The notes: a model not told the origin generated them from the sequence alone. A DNA stretch of 61,262 bases, filler included, from Candidatus Woesearchaeota archaeon (GCA_047603125.1; 6 parts of 6 records of this genome joined end to end with filler, not necessarily neighbours in it); one strand, 5' to 3'; shown: positions 46,964-57,278, counted from the whole stretch's first letter. Translations and numbers: made by a program.

Positions 46964-47371
46964 TCAACCCTCTTTTACTTGCATTTTTCCTGCTTGTACA
47001 TTATATTCTATAACTAAAACATTTTCTAAACCATCTACTTCACTCAAATCAAAATCACCGGCTAGCGAATCTAAAGAATTTGCAATCGTCACATTCTGTA
47101 AATTAGAAACATTTCCTATTACAACATAACATAATTCATCAGTCAGACTATCAAAATATCGTTGGTGACACTCTTCTAATAATGCAACAAGTTTAGAATC
47201 TGTCAAACTTGAAACACGAAGAACTTTGTTTGCTTCTTCTCTGCCATCAGCAAAAGTATAATCGAGCTGATCACGCGTATCATCAAGTGTATTTTGCACA
47301 AAAATAACCACAACTGCAGCTACGATGACGCCGATAACCAATACAATCATGACATTTATAGGAAGTTCCAT
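46964..47371 (-). CDS. Pilin-like protein with no leader
   Basis: MELPINVMIVLVIGVIVAAVVVIF. Confidence 0.75.
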   Translation of the reverse strand: MELPINVMIVLVIGVIVAAVVVIFVQNTLDDTRDQLDYTFADGREEANKVLRVSSLTDSKLVALLEECHQRYFDSLTDELCYVVIGNVSNLQNVTIANSLDSLAGDFDLSEVDGLENVLVIEYNVQAGKMQVKEG

Positions 47372-47803
47372 TTATGATATCTCCAATTTTCCATCTACGC
47401 ACGAGAGCTGTATTAAGTCAGGTATTGGAATCGGATCATCAAAGACCATATCTTCCTCACCTGAACCCAAATCTGAACCACACTCATTATCACTGCTTCT
47501 CAAGTTCGCGCATAGGTTTAATTTCTCTAATTCTTCGTATATAAAACTTTTGTTCAAAACCCCACTATCAGTAATATAATAGACTGTTGTGTCATTAAAC
47601 ACCCCAAAACCACATGAACGCCAAAAATTATACGTTTTTATAACAAATTCTTCTTTGGTCACATGCGTACTTTCACTTCCAGTCAGAATTGAACTCACCG
47701 AACCGTACGCCCTTTCACCGTCAAATCCTTGAACAAAGGTAAGTATAAGAGCCCCGATGACGACTGAAACTGTTAAAAATACCACCCATTCTATTACTTC
47801 CAT
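47372..47803 (-). CDS. Pilin-like protein with no leader
   Basis: MEVIEWVVFLTVSVVIGALIL. Confidence 0.72.
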   Translation of the reverse strand: MEVIEWVVFLTVSVVIGALILTFVQGFDGERAYGSVSSILTGSESTHVTKEEFVIKTYNFWRSCGFGVFNDTTVYYITDSGVLNKSFIYEELEKLNLCANLRSSDNECGSDLGSGEEDMVFDDPIPIPDLIQLSCVDGKLEIS

Positions 47804-47812
47804 TTTTTCTCC

Positions 47813-47902
47813 TTAACTTATCATTTGCAAAACAAAACGAATCATAACTGCTCCTGCAAGCAGTGAAACAACGATAAATACTAATCGTACTAGTGTTGAC
47901 AT
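47813..47902 (-). CDS. 29-aa single-TM micro-protein in the pilus operon
   Basis: MSTLVRLVFIVVSLLAGAVMIRFVLQMIS*; fills the gap between its neighbours. Confidence 0.55.
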   Translation of the reverse strand: MSTLVRLVFIVVSLLAGAVMIRFVLQMIS

Positions 47903-47903
47903 G

Positions 47904-49772
47904 TTACACCCCCAGCGCTCCCGCAAAGACAATTTCGACAAAGCCGATAAATCCTGCGACTAACATTATAGTGAAAAGAACAAAACCTATTAATATGTTT
48001 TGATATACTGTTTTCATCATCGTATAATGGTCCGTCCCCACCTTTATATTTGCTAAAAAGACTGATAAGATTAAAACAATTTCGATTAAAAATATAGAAA
48101 CAATCACCAGAGTAATTGTTGGAGGAATAACAGCTGAAACATCCACAAATTCTATTGGATCTCCCGCACTTCCAAGAGCAGACGTAATAACTTCTAATTG
48201 ATTGGTAATGTATGAGAGCGACATGACAATGGCAAGCGACATAATAACTGCAGTAGCTGATAAAAGTGGAGCAAGAAACATAGCAACAACACCGATGAGC
48301 GAGACTGTTTCAGCAAGTAAACTGCGAATATAATCATCCAAATCATAGATGGAGAGATTTTGTTTTCGAATCATTTTTGCCGCACGCGCAGAACCTTTTT
48401 GAGAAATATACGTATAACCAATTATTTGGAGTAAAGTATCCGTTACTCGCCGAGAAGGACAGAGTTTTGGGACAATGTTTTTAGCTAAATCTGCCACTGT
48501 ACTTTTTGTGACACGCATTTTTTTAAGAAGTTGGCGAAAAATTCGTGCAACGGGATGATTTTTGGATTTATGAACCTCATACTCATCCACCACTTCAGGA
48601 ATTATGCTTTCTATAGAACGGTTTAAACGCAAATATGTTGCAAATATCTGAAGTAAGTGCGGAAAACTATTTTCCACTTCGTAGACATCCTCCCAAATTG
48701 GTTTGTATTTTTTTACATATGTGCTTGTCAAATACCAGATTGCTAAAACAAGACCAAGGGGGAGTAAGACAACACTGACAATACTCATGACTGCATATTC
48801 GCGAGCAGCAGTTTCAATAGTATTCATATTAATGCTGGAAAGGTGCAGTAATGCAGGAATTGCTAGTATTGTAATCATACCAAAAGCAATCGCATAATGA
48901 ATTCCAGGGATGGGTTTGTACTGCGGACTTTCTTCAATGTGAATGGTGTTTACTTGCACACGACTGGATGAAAAATTTAAAGCTGCAAGCAATAATCCGG
49001 CAGGAAATACAATATTGTACAAAAATACCAGCATACTAATTGTAACTAAATCTGGCAAGAATACAGAAATCAGAGGCAAAATCATAAGTGAAATAACCGG
49101 AAGTAAAACTCCGCCACCAATAAGTAATTTTGCCCGACCAGCAAGTTGCTCTGCAAATCGTTTTCCCGATAAATGATAACTGCGAATAATTGTTTCTAAA
49201 ACTTCTTTTATAATTTCGTTTTTTTCTTCTTCCTCTGAAGCAGACGCTGTTGTGAGAAGATTCAATCCTTTGACAAACTCGGGATTAATTTCATTCCACA
49301 CACCCATGTAGCGACCCATCGCTTCTTCCAGACTTGATGCTTGTCGGGTATGAAGCATGAGAAAGATATCTTCAATTTGTAATTTTAAAATACCATGCAA
49401 CTCATCTTTTGCACTGTAGAGCGCATATTCCATGCTTGTGTTCAAAGAAACCATGGTGCTTAATTTCATAATACACTGAAGCATCTCTTCTCTATAGCGC
49501 ATGATGGAGTGCGTATAATAAATTCCCGAAGGATAAATGTACAGTGCAGAACCTAAAATACCTCCAAAAAATAAACCTGTGTAAAAAAAGAAGGGCAAGA
49601 TTGGAGCAAGCAACGCCCCACTAACAGTAAATGCAAGAAAAACAATGGCTGAAGTCCATAAAACAGAAGAGCCATCGTATTGAAAGAGAACAAATTTGAG
49701 TTTATCATCTAATGATTTATAGTTAAATTTTGGTAATCTTGCCCCTATTTTGTAAACATCTAATACATCCAT
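47904..49772 (-). CDS. Pilus assembly platform membrane protein (ArlJ/TadBC-like, T2SS-F)
   Basis: Two helical cytoplasmic repeats, each followed by TM bundles; directly downstream of the ATPase. Confidence 0.8.
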   Translation of the reverse strand: MDVLDVYKIGARLPKFNYKSLDDKLKFVLFQYDGSSVLWTSAIVFLAFTVSGALLAPILPFFFYTGLFFGGILGSALYIYPSGIYYTHSIMRYREEMLQCIMKLSTMVSLNTSMEYALYSAKDELHGILKLQIEDIFLMLHTRQASSLEEAMGRYMGVWNEINPEFVKGLNLLTTASASEEEEKNEIIKEVLETIIRSYHLSGKRFAEQLAGRAKLLIGGGVLLPVISLMILPLISVFLPDLVTISMLVFLYNIVFPAGLLLAALNFSSSRVQVNTIHIEESPQYKPIPGIHYAIAFGMITILAIPALLHLSSINMNTIETAAREYAVMSIVSVVLLPLGLVLAIWYLTSTYVKKYKPIWEDVYEVENSFPHLLQIFATYLRLNRSIESIIPEVVDEYEVHKSKNHPVARIFRQLLKKMRVTKSTVADLAKNIVPKLCPSRRVTDTLLQIIGYTYISQKGSARAAKMIRKQNLSIYDLDDYIRSLLAETVSLIGVVAMFLAPLLSATAVIMSLAIVMSLSYITNQLEVITSALGSAGDPIEFVDVSAVIPPTITLVIVSIFLIEIVLILSVFLANIKVGTDHYTMMKTVYQNILIGFVLFTIMLVAGFIGFVEIVFAGALGV

Positions 49773-49796
49773 TTGATTGTAACATCCTTACCCTTA

Positions 49797-51548
49797 CTAT
49801 TGTGTGTTTTGCTCATCTGTTTGCTGTTCGCTAACAGGTTCTTCTTGGTCATAATATCCATATAATTGTTTTAATCCTTCAATATATTCTTGTGAAAATT
49901 TTGCAAATCCTTCTTGGGATTTATATGGACTATATTCTTGAAATAAATCCACAAATAGTTTATTTGCTTTACTTACATAAGAGGCTTCAAGCTGTGCATC
50001 CTTTGCTAAAGAACATTGTGCTTGTTTTGCCCACGCACGAACTTTAATATCTTGGAGTACATCGTTATATGAACTATAGCCCTGACTACGCTCTAATACT
50101 TGTTGAATAACAACTGATTTTCCATTTAAAAGCGCGTCCGTTGGTACCAGCTCATCTTTTTGCGGGTCATAGACAAGTAAGTCTTGGAATTTTGGCGTAT
50201 CTTCCCAGTCTTTGAGTACTTCCGTAACTGAAATTACACGGCGCACACGCGATTCACCCGAGGCATCTGTTATCTGGTTAACTATAATAATTAAATCAGT
50301 GACTTTAAACGAACCCTTTGGAACACCTAAATCATTAACGACACGATCGTACACACCAAATGGACTGTCCCCGTGAATTGTTCCTGCAACAACATTACTC
50401 ATCGCACCAACACGCATGGCTTCATACAAAACTTTTGCTTCCATCCCTCGAATTTCTCCAATAATTAAACAGGAATCTCCAAGACGCAAACTCGTTCGAA
50501 GTCCCGTGTCAAAGGGCATTTCCATACCCTCATTTAAGAGTGCTGAACGAACTTTGAGCGGCACTATATCATAACCCAAGTCCTTATAAGAAAAAATGGG
50601 TAACTCTTGTGTATCTTCAATAGTAATAACCCTGTATTTTGGGAGTATTTCAAGCATAAGTGAACCAAGAATCGAGGTTTTACCGCTTCCTCTCGGGCCA
50701 ACTGTTAAAAATGTTCGACCATGCGCAATTGCAAAACTCATAAGCCCAGCAAACCACGAATTGACTGTTTTATTTTTTAAAAAGAGAACTTGCGTCCACG
50801 GATCCTCACGGTGCTTACGAATGGAGTACGCCGTTCCAAAAACAGAAAAAGGATTAATGATGGCAGCAACCCTTGCTTTTACTCCATTTGCTTCTAACTC
50901 ACCGTCTAGTTGTGGCTGTGCACGATTAAATGGTCTTCCTGTTGCCAAGCGAAGTCGCGTGGAAATATAATTGAGAAAATCATCACTTGGATAAATATTT
51001 GAATGACACTCACTATAATCTGCGTGAACAATGCGCATGGATGTTTTGTGCGCAGGTGGGTTCACATTAATCTCAAGAATTTTTTTATCTGAAAATAAGT
51101 GCTCCAATATTCCAAAGCCAAGATACCATCGCTTAATTAATTCATTATCGCTCTCACCCGACTCTTCAAAAACCTCTACTTCTTTTTTTATTTCCAGTAA
51201 TTTATCATACGTAGTATTTGTTTCAGGAATGACAATGTTGTATAAATAGCCAACATCATCTTTGAAAATTTGCACAATAGCGCCAGTAGGTAGCGTATAC
51301 TGCTCCACCGGTTCACTTCCACCCAAATATGGACGAAGGCGAACATCTAAAAAGAAAGGAAGTACAGCCACAAGCTGTTTTTTATTTGTATATTCTTTTA
51401 CAGCAAGCTCTGTTTTGAGTCGAATTGTATCAAAGTTTGCAATATTATGTCCTTGGTCTTTTAGATAATCGTCTAACTTGTCTGAAAACTGTAATGAACC
51501 GAGATTCTCTACACTACTATCAATTGTTAATATTCGTTCCTGTACCAT
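49797..51548 (-). CDS. Type II/IV secretion ATPase (VirB11/CpaF/ArlI-like)
   Basis: GPRGSGKTS, TIEDTQE, LRLGD, IIGEIRG, GTIHG. Confidence 0.93.
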   Translation of the reverse strand: MVQERILTIDSSVENLGSLQFSDKLDDYLKDQGHNIANFDTIRLKTELAVKEYTNKKQLVAVLPFFLDVRLRPYLGGSEPVEQYTLPTGAIVQIFKDDVGYLYNIVIPETNTTYDKLLEIKKEVEVFEESGESDNELIKRWYLGFGILEHLFSDKKILEINVNPPAHKTSMRIVHADYSECHSNIYPSDDFLNYISTRLRLATGRPFNRAQPQLDGELEANGVKARVAAIINPFSVFGTAYSIRKHREDPWTQVLFLKNKTVNSWFAGLMSFAIAHGRTFLTVGPRGSGKTSILGSLMLEILPKYRVITIEDTQELPIFSYKDLGYDIVPLKVRSALLNEGMEMPFDTGLRTSLRLGDSCLIIGEIRGMEAKVLYEAMRVGAMSNVVAGTIHGDSPFGVYDRVVNDLGVPKGSFKVTDLIIIVNQITDASGESRVRRVISVTEVLKDWEDTPKFQDLLVYDPQKDELVPTDALLNGKSVVIQQVLERSQGYSSYNDVLQDIKVRAWAKQAQCSLAKDAQLEASYVSKANKLFVDLFQEYSPYKSQEGFAKFSQEYIEGLKQLYGYYDQEEPVSEQQTDEQNTQ

Positions 51549-51564
51549 GATACTGTGAAAGTGC

Positions 51565-52092
51565 TTATAATTTTACAAGCATTAAGACAATTGCAACAAA
51601 AACCAGCACAATATTGACGAATGTTCCAAGTGTAAAAATGGTCATATAAATAATTGTCTTGTTTGAATATAATTTAATTTTCTCTGAGAGTGCTTTATAC
51701 ATATCTTGTGCTTGTTGATCCAAACGCATTGTTATTTTCTGATCAATCTCGGAAATTGTCTTCTCAAGTGTATCTGCACTTTGAGCCATGCTTGCAAGCT
51801 TTTGCTCAAATGCAGGGAGGGATTGATTTTCAAAATCCGTAAGTCGGTTTATGACATTTGCTAAATGCGCCAAATCATTTTCCAGTTCTTGTTTTTCCTT
51901 TTCCAAAAACTCTAAATTCATATTCGCATCAACGCTTTGCTGTAAAGCCTGTAATCGCTGATCCAGTGATTTTACCGCAACAAGAACTGCGTCGTTTTCC
52001 GGAGTAAGTGAACTTTGATTAATTTTTTGATTAAGAATTTCAAGATTTGTTGCAAGGACTTGAATTTCCCGTTTCATATCATCAGCTGCCAT
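51565..52092 (-). CDS. Coiled-coil protein with C-terminal TM anchor
   Basis: Heptad-rich over about 145 aa, then a hydrophobic tail; first gene of the operon. Confidence 0.7.
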   Translation of the reverse strand: MAADDMKREIQVLATNLEILNQKINQSSLTPENDAVLVAVKSLDQRLQALQQSVDANMNLEFLEKEKQELENDLAHLANVINRLTDFENQSLPAFEQKLASMAQSADTLEKTISEIDQKITMRLDQQAQDMYKALSEKIKLYSNKTIIYMTIFTLGTFVNIVLVFVAIVLMLVKL

Positions 52093-52206
52093 AAACGCTT
52101 TTTAGCAGTTTTTATTTAAAACACTTTGTAACCCAAGTTTGACAGTTAAATAAATAAGTGCCCTTAGATTTGTTTGGTTTATCATGACACAAACAAAAAT
52201 AAGGAC

Positions 52207-52306
52207 NNNNNNNNNNNNNNNNNNNNNNNNNNNNNNNNNNNNNNNNNNNNTTAATTAATTAANNNNNNNNNNNNNNNNNNNNNNNNNNNNNNNNNNNNNN
52301 NNNNNN
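52207..52306. other. Artificial contig linker
   Basis: N-run, TTAATTAATTAA, N-run. Confidence 0.99.
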
Positions 52307-52452
52307 TATTTTGACCAGTGTCTCACAGCACACGCACTTCCGACCTCCTTATTTAATTTAAGAAAACCACTCCTTCTTTGAAAACTAATTTGAGGAACTG
52401 TACTATGAGAAACATCGAACTAGAGAGAACTCCCGTTTTAGAAAGTGGTAAA

Positions 52453-52534
52453 CGCCGCCGGCCGGATTTGAACCGACAATTCCTAAGGAACTCGCTTTCG
52501 AGGCGAGCGCAATACCGGGTTATGCGACGACGGC
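52453..52534 (-). tRNA. trnS: tRNA-Ser(CGA)
   Basis: GCCGTCG/CGGCGGC acceptor, CTCGC-CTCGAAA-GCGAG anticodon arm, long variable arm TTCCTTAGGAA, GGTTCAAATCC, discriminator G. Confidence 0.93.
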
Positions 52535-52583
52535 ATAAGTTTACATGACGGCGGCGCGACCGAAGATGTGTAACATCTGCGCG

Positions 52584-52601
52584 TATGCGACGACGGCATA
52601 A
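52584..52601 (-). repeat. Duplicate of the tRNA-Ser 5' end (18 bp)
   Basis: TATGCGACGACGGCATAA also at 52521-52538. Confidence 0.85.
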
Positions 52602-52636
52602 AACACAAGAAAACCATTTCCCTTTTTAAAAGTTGC

Positions 52637-53056
52637 TCACAAAGCAACAGTCAAAAACACAACCGTCCACCAACTAACAAAGGAAATGAGCATGCTCACA
52701 ACGATAAGTCGTTGCAGACGAGCAGGTAAAGTAGCATACAAGTATTGGCGCTCAATTAAGCGAGGACTAATATAAAACGATAAGAATGCGCCATTTATCA
52801 CAAGAAGCAAAAGCAATAGTGATTTCAAACCAAACAAACCATCCCACTGCTCCATCGCAAGCATGAACAGCCACATCACAACAACAATAATTGTCCCTAA
52901 CCAAATCAGTGGCTTTGTAACAAAGTGCGCCTGAATTGTCGTTTGTGTCCATTTGGCAGAATTTCTCCCAAGAAAACCAAGTGTGTCAATAACAGTTACC
53001 GCACCTAGGGCTATTATAATGCCAACGATGTGAAAAAAATATAGCCAGTCTATCAT
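52637..53056 (-). CDS. Four-TM membrane protein
   Basis: FFHIVGIIIALGAVTVID...K...NG...SWW. Confidence 0.7.
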   Translation of the reverse strand: MIDWLYFFHIVGIIIALGAVTVIDTLGFLGRNSAKWTQTTIQAHFVTKPLIWLGTIIVVVMWLFMLAMEQWDGLFGLKSLLLLLLVINGAFLSFYISPRLIERQYLYATLPARLQRLIVVSMLISFVSWWTVVFLTVAL

Positions 53057-53164
53057 GAATAGCACTAGGTCGTTTCTCTTTATAAAAAGAGAGGGTACTA
53101 AAAAATAGCATATCACTGACATTCAAATACATTTATAAATTAAAATCGCAAACACATACATAAA

Positions 53165-53713
53165 ATGATGACTTGGATACTTATAGGGGCACTAATTATC
53201 TTTGTGCTATTTGTATGGATGCTTTACAACGGGCTCATTCGACTCAAAAATCAAGTTGATAATGCCTGGGCACAAATTGATGTGCAACTCAAACGCCGAT
53301 ATGACTTAATTCCAAACTTAATTGAAGCAGTCAAAGGCTACATGAAACATGAAAAAGGCGTGTTAGAAAGTGTAACAAAAGCCAGAACATCACTCATGCA
53401 AGCTGACACTGTTGGAAAAAAGGCACAGGCTGATAATATGCTTGCAGGAACATTAAAATCACTGTTTGCCGTTGCTGAAAATTATCCACAGCTCAAAGCA
53501 AATGAAAACTTTTTGCAATTGCAAGAAGAACTTGCAGGAACAGAAAATAAAATTGCTTATGCGCGACAACACTATAATGATATGGTGATGTCTTTTAATA
53601 CAAGAATCGAACTTTTTCCAAATAACTTGTTTGCTCGATTTTTGAGTTTTACAAAACGCGAGTCCTTTAAAACAGAAGGAGCTCAACGAGAAAATATCAA
53701 AGTCTCGTTTTAG
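53165..53713 (+). CDS. lemA: LemA family protein
   Basis: YNGLI...AWAQIDVQLKRRYDLIPNL, AVAENYPQLKA. Confidence 0.95.
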   Translation: MMTWILIGALIIFVLFVWMLYNGLIRLKNQVDNAWAQIDVQLKRRYDLIPNLIEAVKGYMKHEKGVLESVTKARTSLMQADTVGKKAQADNMLAGTLKSLFAVAENYPQLKANENFLQLQEELAGTENKIAYARQHYNDMVMSFNTRIELFPNNLFARFLSFTKRESFKTEGAQRENIKVSF

Positions 53714-53719
53714 AAAACT

Positions 53720-54616
53720 ATGAGCGAGCGATTAAATTTTCACGAAGAAGTTCGAAAAAATAAATTTATGTCCATCGTCTTGATGGTACTCTTTTTTTTC
53801 ATTCTCATTGGTCTTGGATGGATTATTGGTTTTATTTACAGTGATATGATTGTTATTCCATCTATCTTTGGAATTCTCGCACTTATTTATAGTCTTATTA
53901 TGTACAAAGCAGGTACATCCGTTGTTATTAAATTATCGGGTGCAAGGCCTGTGACAAAACAAGAATACCCGCATTATTTTCATACGATTGAAGGTTTAGC
54001 ACTTGCTGCCGGTATTCCACAACCAAAAGCATATGTTATTGATGATCCGTCCCTAAATGCGTTTGCCGCAGGGACTGATCCAAAAAAAGCTATTGTTGCA
54101 GTAACAACTGGTCTATTAAAAAAAGCAAATAGAGAACAATTAGAAGGTGTTTTGGCACATGAAGTTGCCCATATTCGAAATTATGATGTTCGACTCATGC
54201 TTGTTGCAACAATTTTTGTTGGAATTATTACACTCATCTCAGAAGTAGCAATTCGTATGCTTATTTTTGGTGGTGGTCGAAATCGTGGCGGCGGGAAAGG
54301 TGGTCATCCGATTATGATTATTATTGGTGTTATTTTTATCATTCTTGCACCTATTTTTGCATACTTAGTAAAACTTGCTGTCAGTCGAAAACGAGAATTT
54401 GTTGCAGATGCAGATGGTGCTCGTCTGACTCGATATCCTGAGGGACTTGCAAGTGCGCTTGAGTTAATTAAACAAGATGCAGAAAAACCTACAAAATTCA
54501 ATAAAGGGATGGAGCACATGTATTTTTCCAATCCTGTAAAAAAAGGTTTTTGGAAGAATTTGTTTTCTACACACCCAGATACGGACGAGCGGATTAAGCG
54601 ATTACGGAGTATGTGA
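53720..54616 (+). CDS. htpX: Zinc metalloprotease HtpX
   Basis: NAFAAG, HEVAH, SRKREFVADA, FSTHP; lemA-htpX pair. Confidence 0.95.
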   Translation: MSERLNFHEEVRKNKFMSIVLMVLFFFILIGLGWIIGFIYSDMIVIPSIFGILALIYSLIMYKAGTSVVIKLSGARPVTKQEYPHYFHTIEGLALAAGIPQPKAYVIDDPSLNAFAAGTDPKKAIVAVTTGLLKKANREQLEGVLAHEVAHIRNYDVRLMLVATIFVGIITLISEVAIRMLIFGGGRNRGGGKGGHPIMIIIGVIFIILAPIFAYLVKLAVSRKREFVADADGARLTRYPEGLASALELIKQDAEKPTKFNKGMEHMYFSNPVKKGFWKNLFSTHPDTDERIKRLRSM

Positions 54617-54674
54617 TTTTTTTTCGGTTTTTTTGAGCGAAGGTATTTAAAGTACCTACGCCACTTCTATTTTC

Positions 54675-55553
54675 ATGAATAAGGCCATGAAAACAAATGG
54701 AGATAAAAATACTACCAAAAATGGCTCAGCGAACAGACTTAAAATTCTCAATTATTTGTTTGCTTATACAACTTTTTTTATAGGTTTGATATTTGGATTC
54801 ATTCACTTTCTTAACGATAGGATCGCAACACCTAATATTGAAAATGTCATAATAACTACATCATTAATCATAGTAATTTTCATCCTGATTGCATACTGGC
54901 TCTTTATCATATTTGCACTAATGATTGAATTTATGAATATCTTTTATAATAGCGAAAACAGTAAATTGGGTTCTCAGTCTATCTTCGAACTAATTCTATA
55001 TTTAATCCCAAGCTTTGCAGCGATTGCATGCATCATAATACTTTCTGGCATTTTTTATATCTTAGGCAATCTAATAATAGCCATCATTATAGTAATGCTC
55101 TTCTTATTTCTTATTATTTTGAATTCCATTCTCTTGCCAAAAATCTTAAGATTTGTTAAAAAAGAAATGCCAATAATTTTGGTAGCATTCTCAATAATAA
55201 TAATAATAATGCTTATACTATTTCTCATATTTTTACAAGCACCTTCACTTCTGTCAACATCCGAAATAATCACAGAACAGAATTTCTACTATGAAAGTGA
55301 AACTATACGAGGAGTTATCGAATCCAGAGGATTTTTTGGCATTCTTCCGACTTCTTATAACATAACTTTCAACAACGGAGAGTCTATTGAAACTAATCAT
55401 CTTGGAAATATAATAACGTTTATGATACCTCTACCCAAGTATAATATCACTAATGCAACCATAAAAGTGGAATATTACGTAGAATATGGCCAGTTTTTTC
55501 TAAGCAAACAAACAATCACCAAACCCATCGCAATCTTTCCAACAGACAGCTAG
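54675..55553 (+). CDS. Hypothetical membrane protein
   Basis: About five Ile-rich TMs and a C-terminal beta-rich domain. Confidence 0.6.
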   Translation: MNKAMKTNGDKNTTKNGSANRLKILNYLFAYTTFFIGLIFGFIHFLNDRIATPNIENVIITTSLIIVIFILIAYWLFIIFALMIEFMNIFYNSENSKLGSQSIFELILYLIPSFAAIACIIILSGIFYILGNLIIAIIIVMLFLFLIILNSILLPKILRFVKKEMPIILVAFSIIIIIMLILFLIFLQAPSLLSTSEIITEQNFYYESETIRGVIESRGFFGILPTSYNITFNNGESIETNHLGNIITFMIPLPKYNITNATIKVEYYVEYGQFFLSKQTITKPIAIFPTDS

Positions 55554-55631
55554 TTTCCAACCCAAAACCCCCATCCCTGACAAAAACATTTATAAATCGT
55601 TCGCGTTTCTCGTAGTAAAGAGGGAATTTCA

Positions 55632-56156
55632 ATGGCAAAAGTACGAAAATTTGTTGCATATAGACGGTTAGAACGACCATACACACGAAAATCACGATAC
55701 AGAGAAAAATCATTTATCAGAGGAAACCCCCAAACACGAATTATTCGACATAATATGGGAAATCCACAAGGATCATTTGATTATGTGCTCAAGCTTCGAG
55801 TAAACGACACATTACAAATTCGTGACCGAGCATTAGAAGCATGTCGTCTTATTTTAAACAGACACCTTGAGAAAAAAATCGGAAAAGAACTCTTTTATTT
55901 ACGATTAAAAGTATACCCACATCATCACTTACGTGAAAATCCACTTGCATCCGGTGCAGGAGCGGATCGATTGAGTACGGGTATGAAAAACTCTTTTGGA
56001 AAGGTTATTGATATTGCAGCCCAAGTACATGCAGGAAAAGACTTGTTTGAACTCCATATCGGAAAAGAAAAACTCTTACAAGCAAAGACTATTCTAGCAC
56101 TTGCAAAATCAAAAGTACCTTGCGGGATCCACATTACTGTAGAACCTCGCGCTTAA
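55632..56156 (+). CDS. rpl10e: 50S ribosomal protein uL16 (L10e)
   Basis: RPYTR, ALEACR, YPHHHLREN, GAGADRLSTGM. Confidence 0.96.
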   Translation: MAKVRKFVAYRRLERPYTRKSRYREKSFIRGNPQTRIIRHNMGNPQGSFDYVLKLRVNDTLQIRDRALEACRLILNRHLEKKIGKELFYLRLKVYPHHHLRENPLASGAGADRLSTGMKNSFGKVIDIAAQVHAGKDLFELHIGKEKLLQAKTILALAKSKVPCGIHITVEPRA

Positions 56157-56174
56157 TTTTTTTCTTCTTTAACC

Positions 56175-57278
56175 ATGGACCAGCCTCTTACATCTAAGCA
56201 AAAGCACGAACTCAAACGTTTTGTTAGACAATTGGCTGATCAAAAAGGTAACCATACTGAGCTTGTAAGTGTTTATGTTCCGCAAGGATATGATTTAACC
56301 AAAGTTATCTCACACCTCCAGCAAGAACAAGGAACCGCGACAAATATCAAATCAACGGCAACACGAAAAAATGTTATAGATGCGCTGGAAAAAATGATTC
56401 AGCACCTCAAACTCATTGAAAAAACACCTGAGAACGGACTTGCCGTCTTTTCCGGAGATATTTCAGATAGGGAAGGACAGAGTAATGTCAAAGTCTTTTC
56501 TGTTGAACCACCAGTTGCGCTTAATATTCGAATTTATCGCTGTGATAAACAGTTTGTAACAGAACCCTTAGAAGAGATGCTTGCCTTTGACAATGTCTAT
56601 GGACTTGTCGTTATTGACAGACGGGATGGCTGTATTGCAACGCTCAAAGGGACAAGAATACAAGTGCTTTTGAAAACACATTCCGAAGTTCCTGGAAAAA
56701 CACGTGCGGGTGGACAATCAGCACCACGATTCGCCAGACTTCGAGAAGGCGCAACAAAGGATCATTATAAAAAAGTTGCACAATACATGACAGACACACT
56801 CCTTCCTATTAAAGAACTCAAAGGTATTCTTGTTGGAGGTCCAGGAGTAACAGTCAATGACTTTGTTAATAAAGAATACATCACCGGCGACTTGCAAAGA
56901 AAAATCATTGCAATTAAAGATCTCAGTTATACTGATGAATTTGGATTAAAAGAATTAGTGGATAAAAGCCAAGATGTCTTAGCAAGCGAAGCACTTGCAA
57001 TTGAAAAAAAAGCCATGGGCGATTTTTTTAAGTTTTTAGCAACTGATGATACTAAAGTAACATATGGATTAGAGCAAGTAAAAAAAGCACTCTCCATGGG
57101 CGCAGTTGATAAGCTCCTTGTCTCAGAAAGTCTGGGCGAGCATGCAATTGATGAGCTAGAAGAAGAATGCGAACAATATAAAGCTGAATGTATCATTGTC
57201 TCCACACAAACACAGGAAGGAGAACAATTACGCGATATTGGAAAGATTGCAGCCATACTTCGATTTCAAGTTTCATGA
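56175..57278 (+). CDS. prf1: Peptide chain release factor aRF1
   Basis: TELVSVY, NIKS, YRCD, GGQS. Confidence 0.96.
   Translation: MDQPLTSKQKHELKRFVRQLADQKGNHTELVSVYVPQGYDLTKVISHLQQEQGTATNIKSTATRKNVIDALEKMIQHLKLIEKTPENGLAVFSGDISDREGQSNVKVFSVEPPVALNIRIYRCDKQFVTEPLEEMLAFDNVYGLVVIDRRDGCIATLKGTRIQVLLKTHSEVPGKTRAGGQSAPRFARLREGATKDHYKKVAQYMTDTLLPIKELKGILVGGPGVTVNDFVNKEYITGDLQRKIIAIKDLSYTDEFGLKELVDKSQDVLASEALAIEKKAMGDFFKFLATDDTKVTYGLEQVKKALSMGAVDKLLVSESLGEHAIDELEEECEQYKAECIIVSTQTQEGEQLRDIGKIAAILRFQVS

Noticed and set aside
52307..52450. Integrated element downstream of tRNA-Ser
   Set aside because: Only about 145 bp before the contig end; no integrase or att duplication visible
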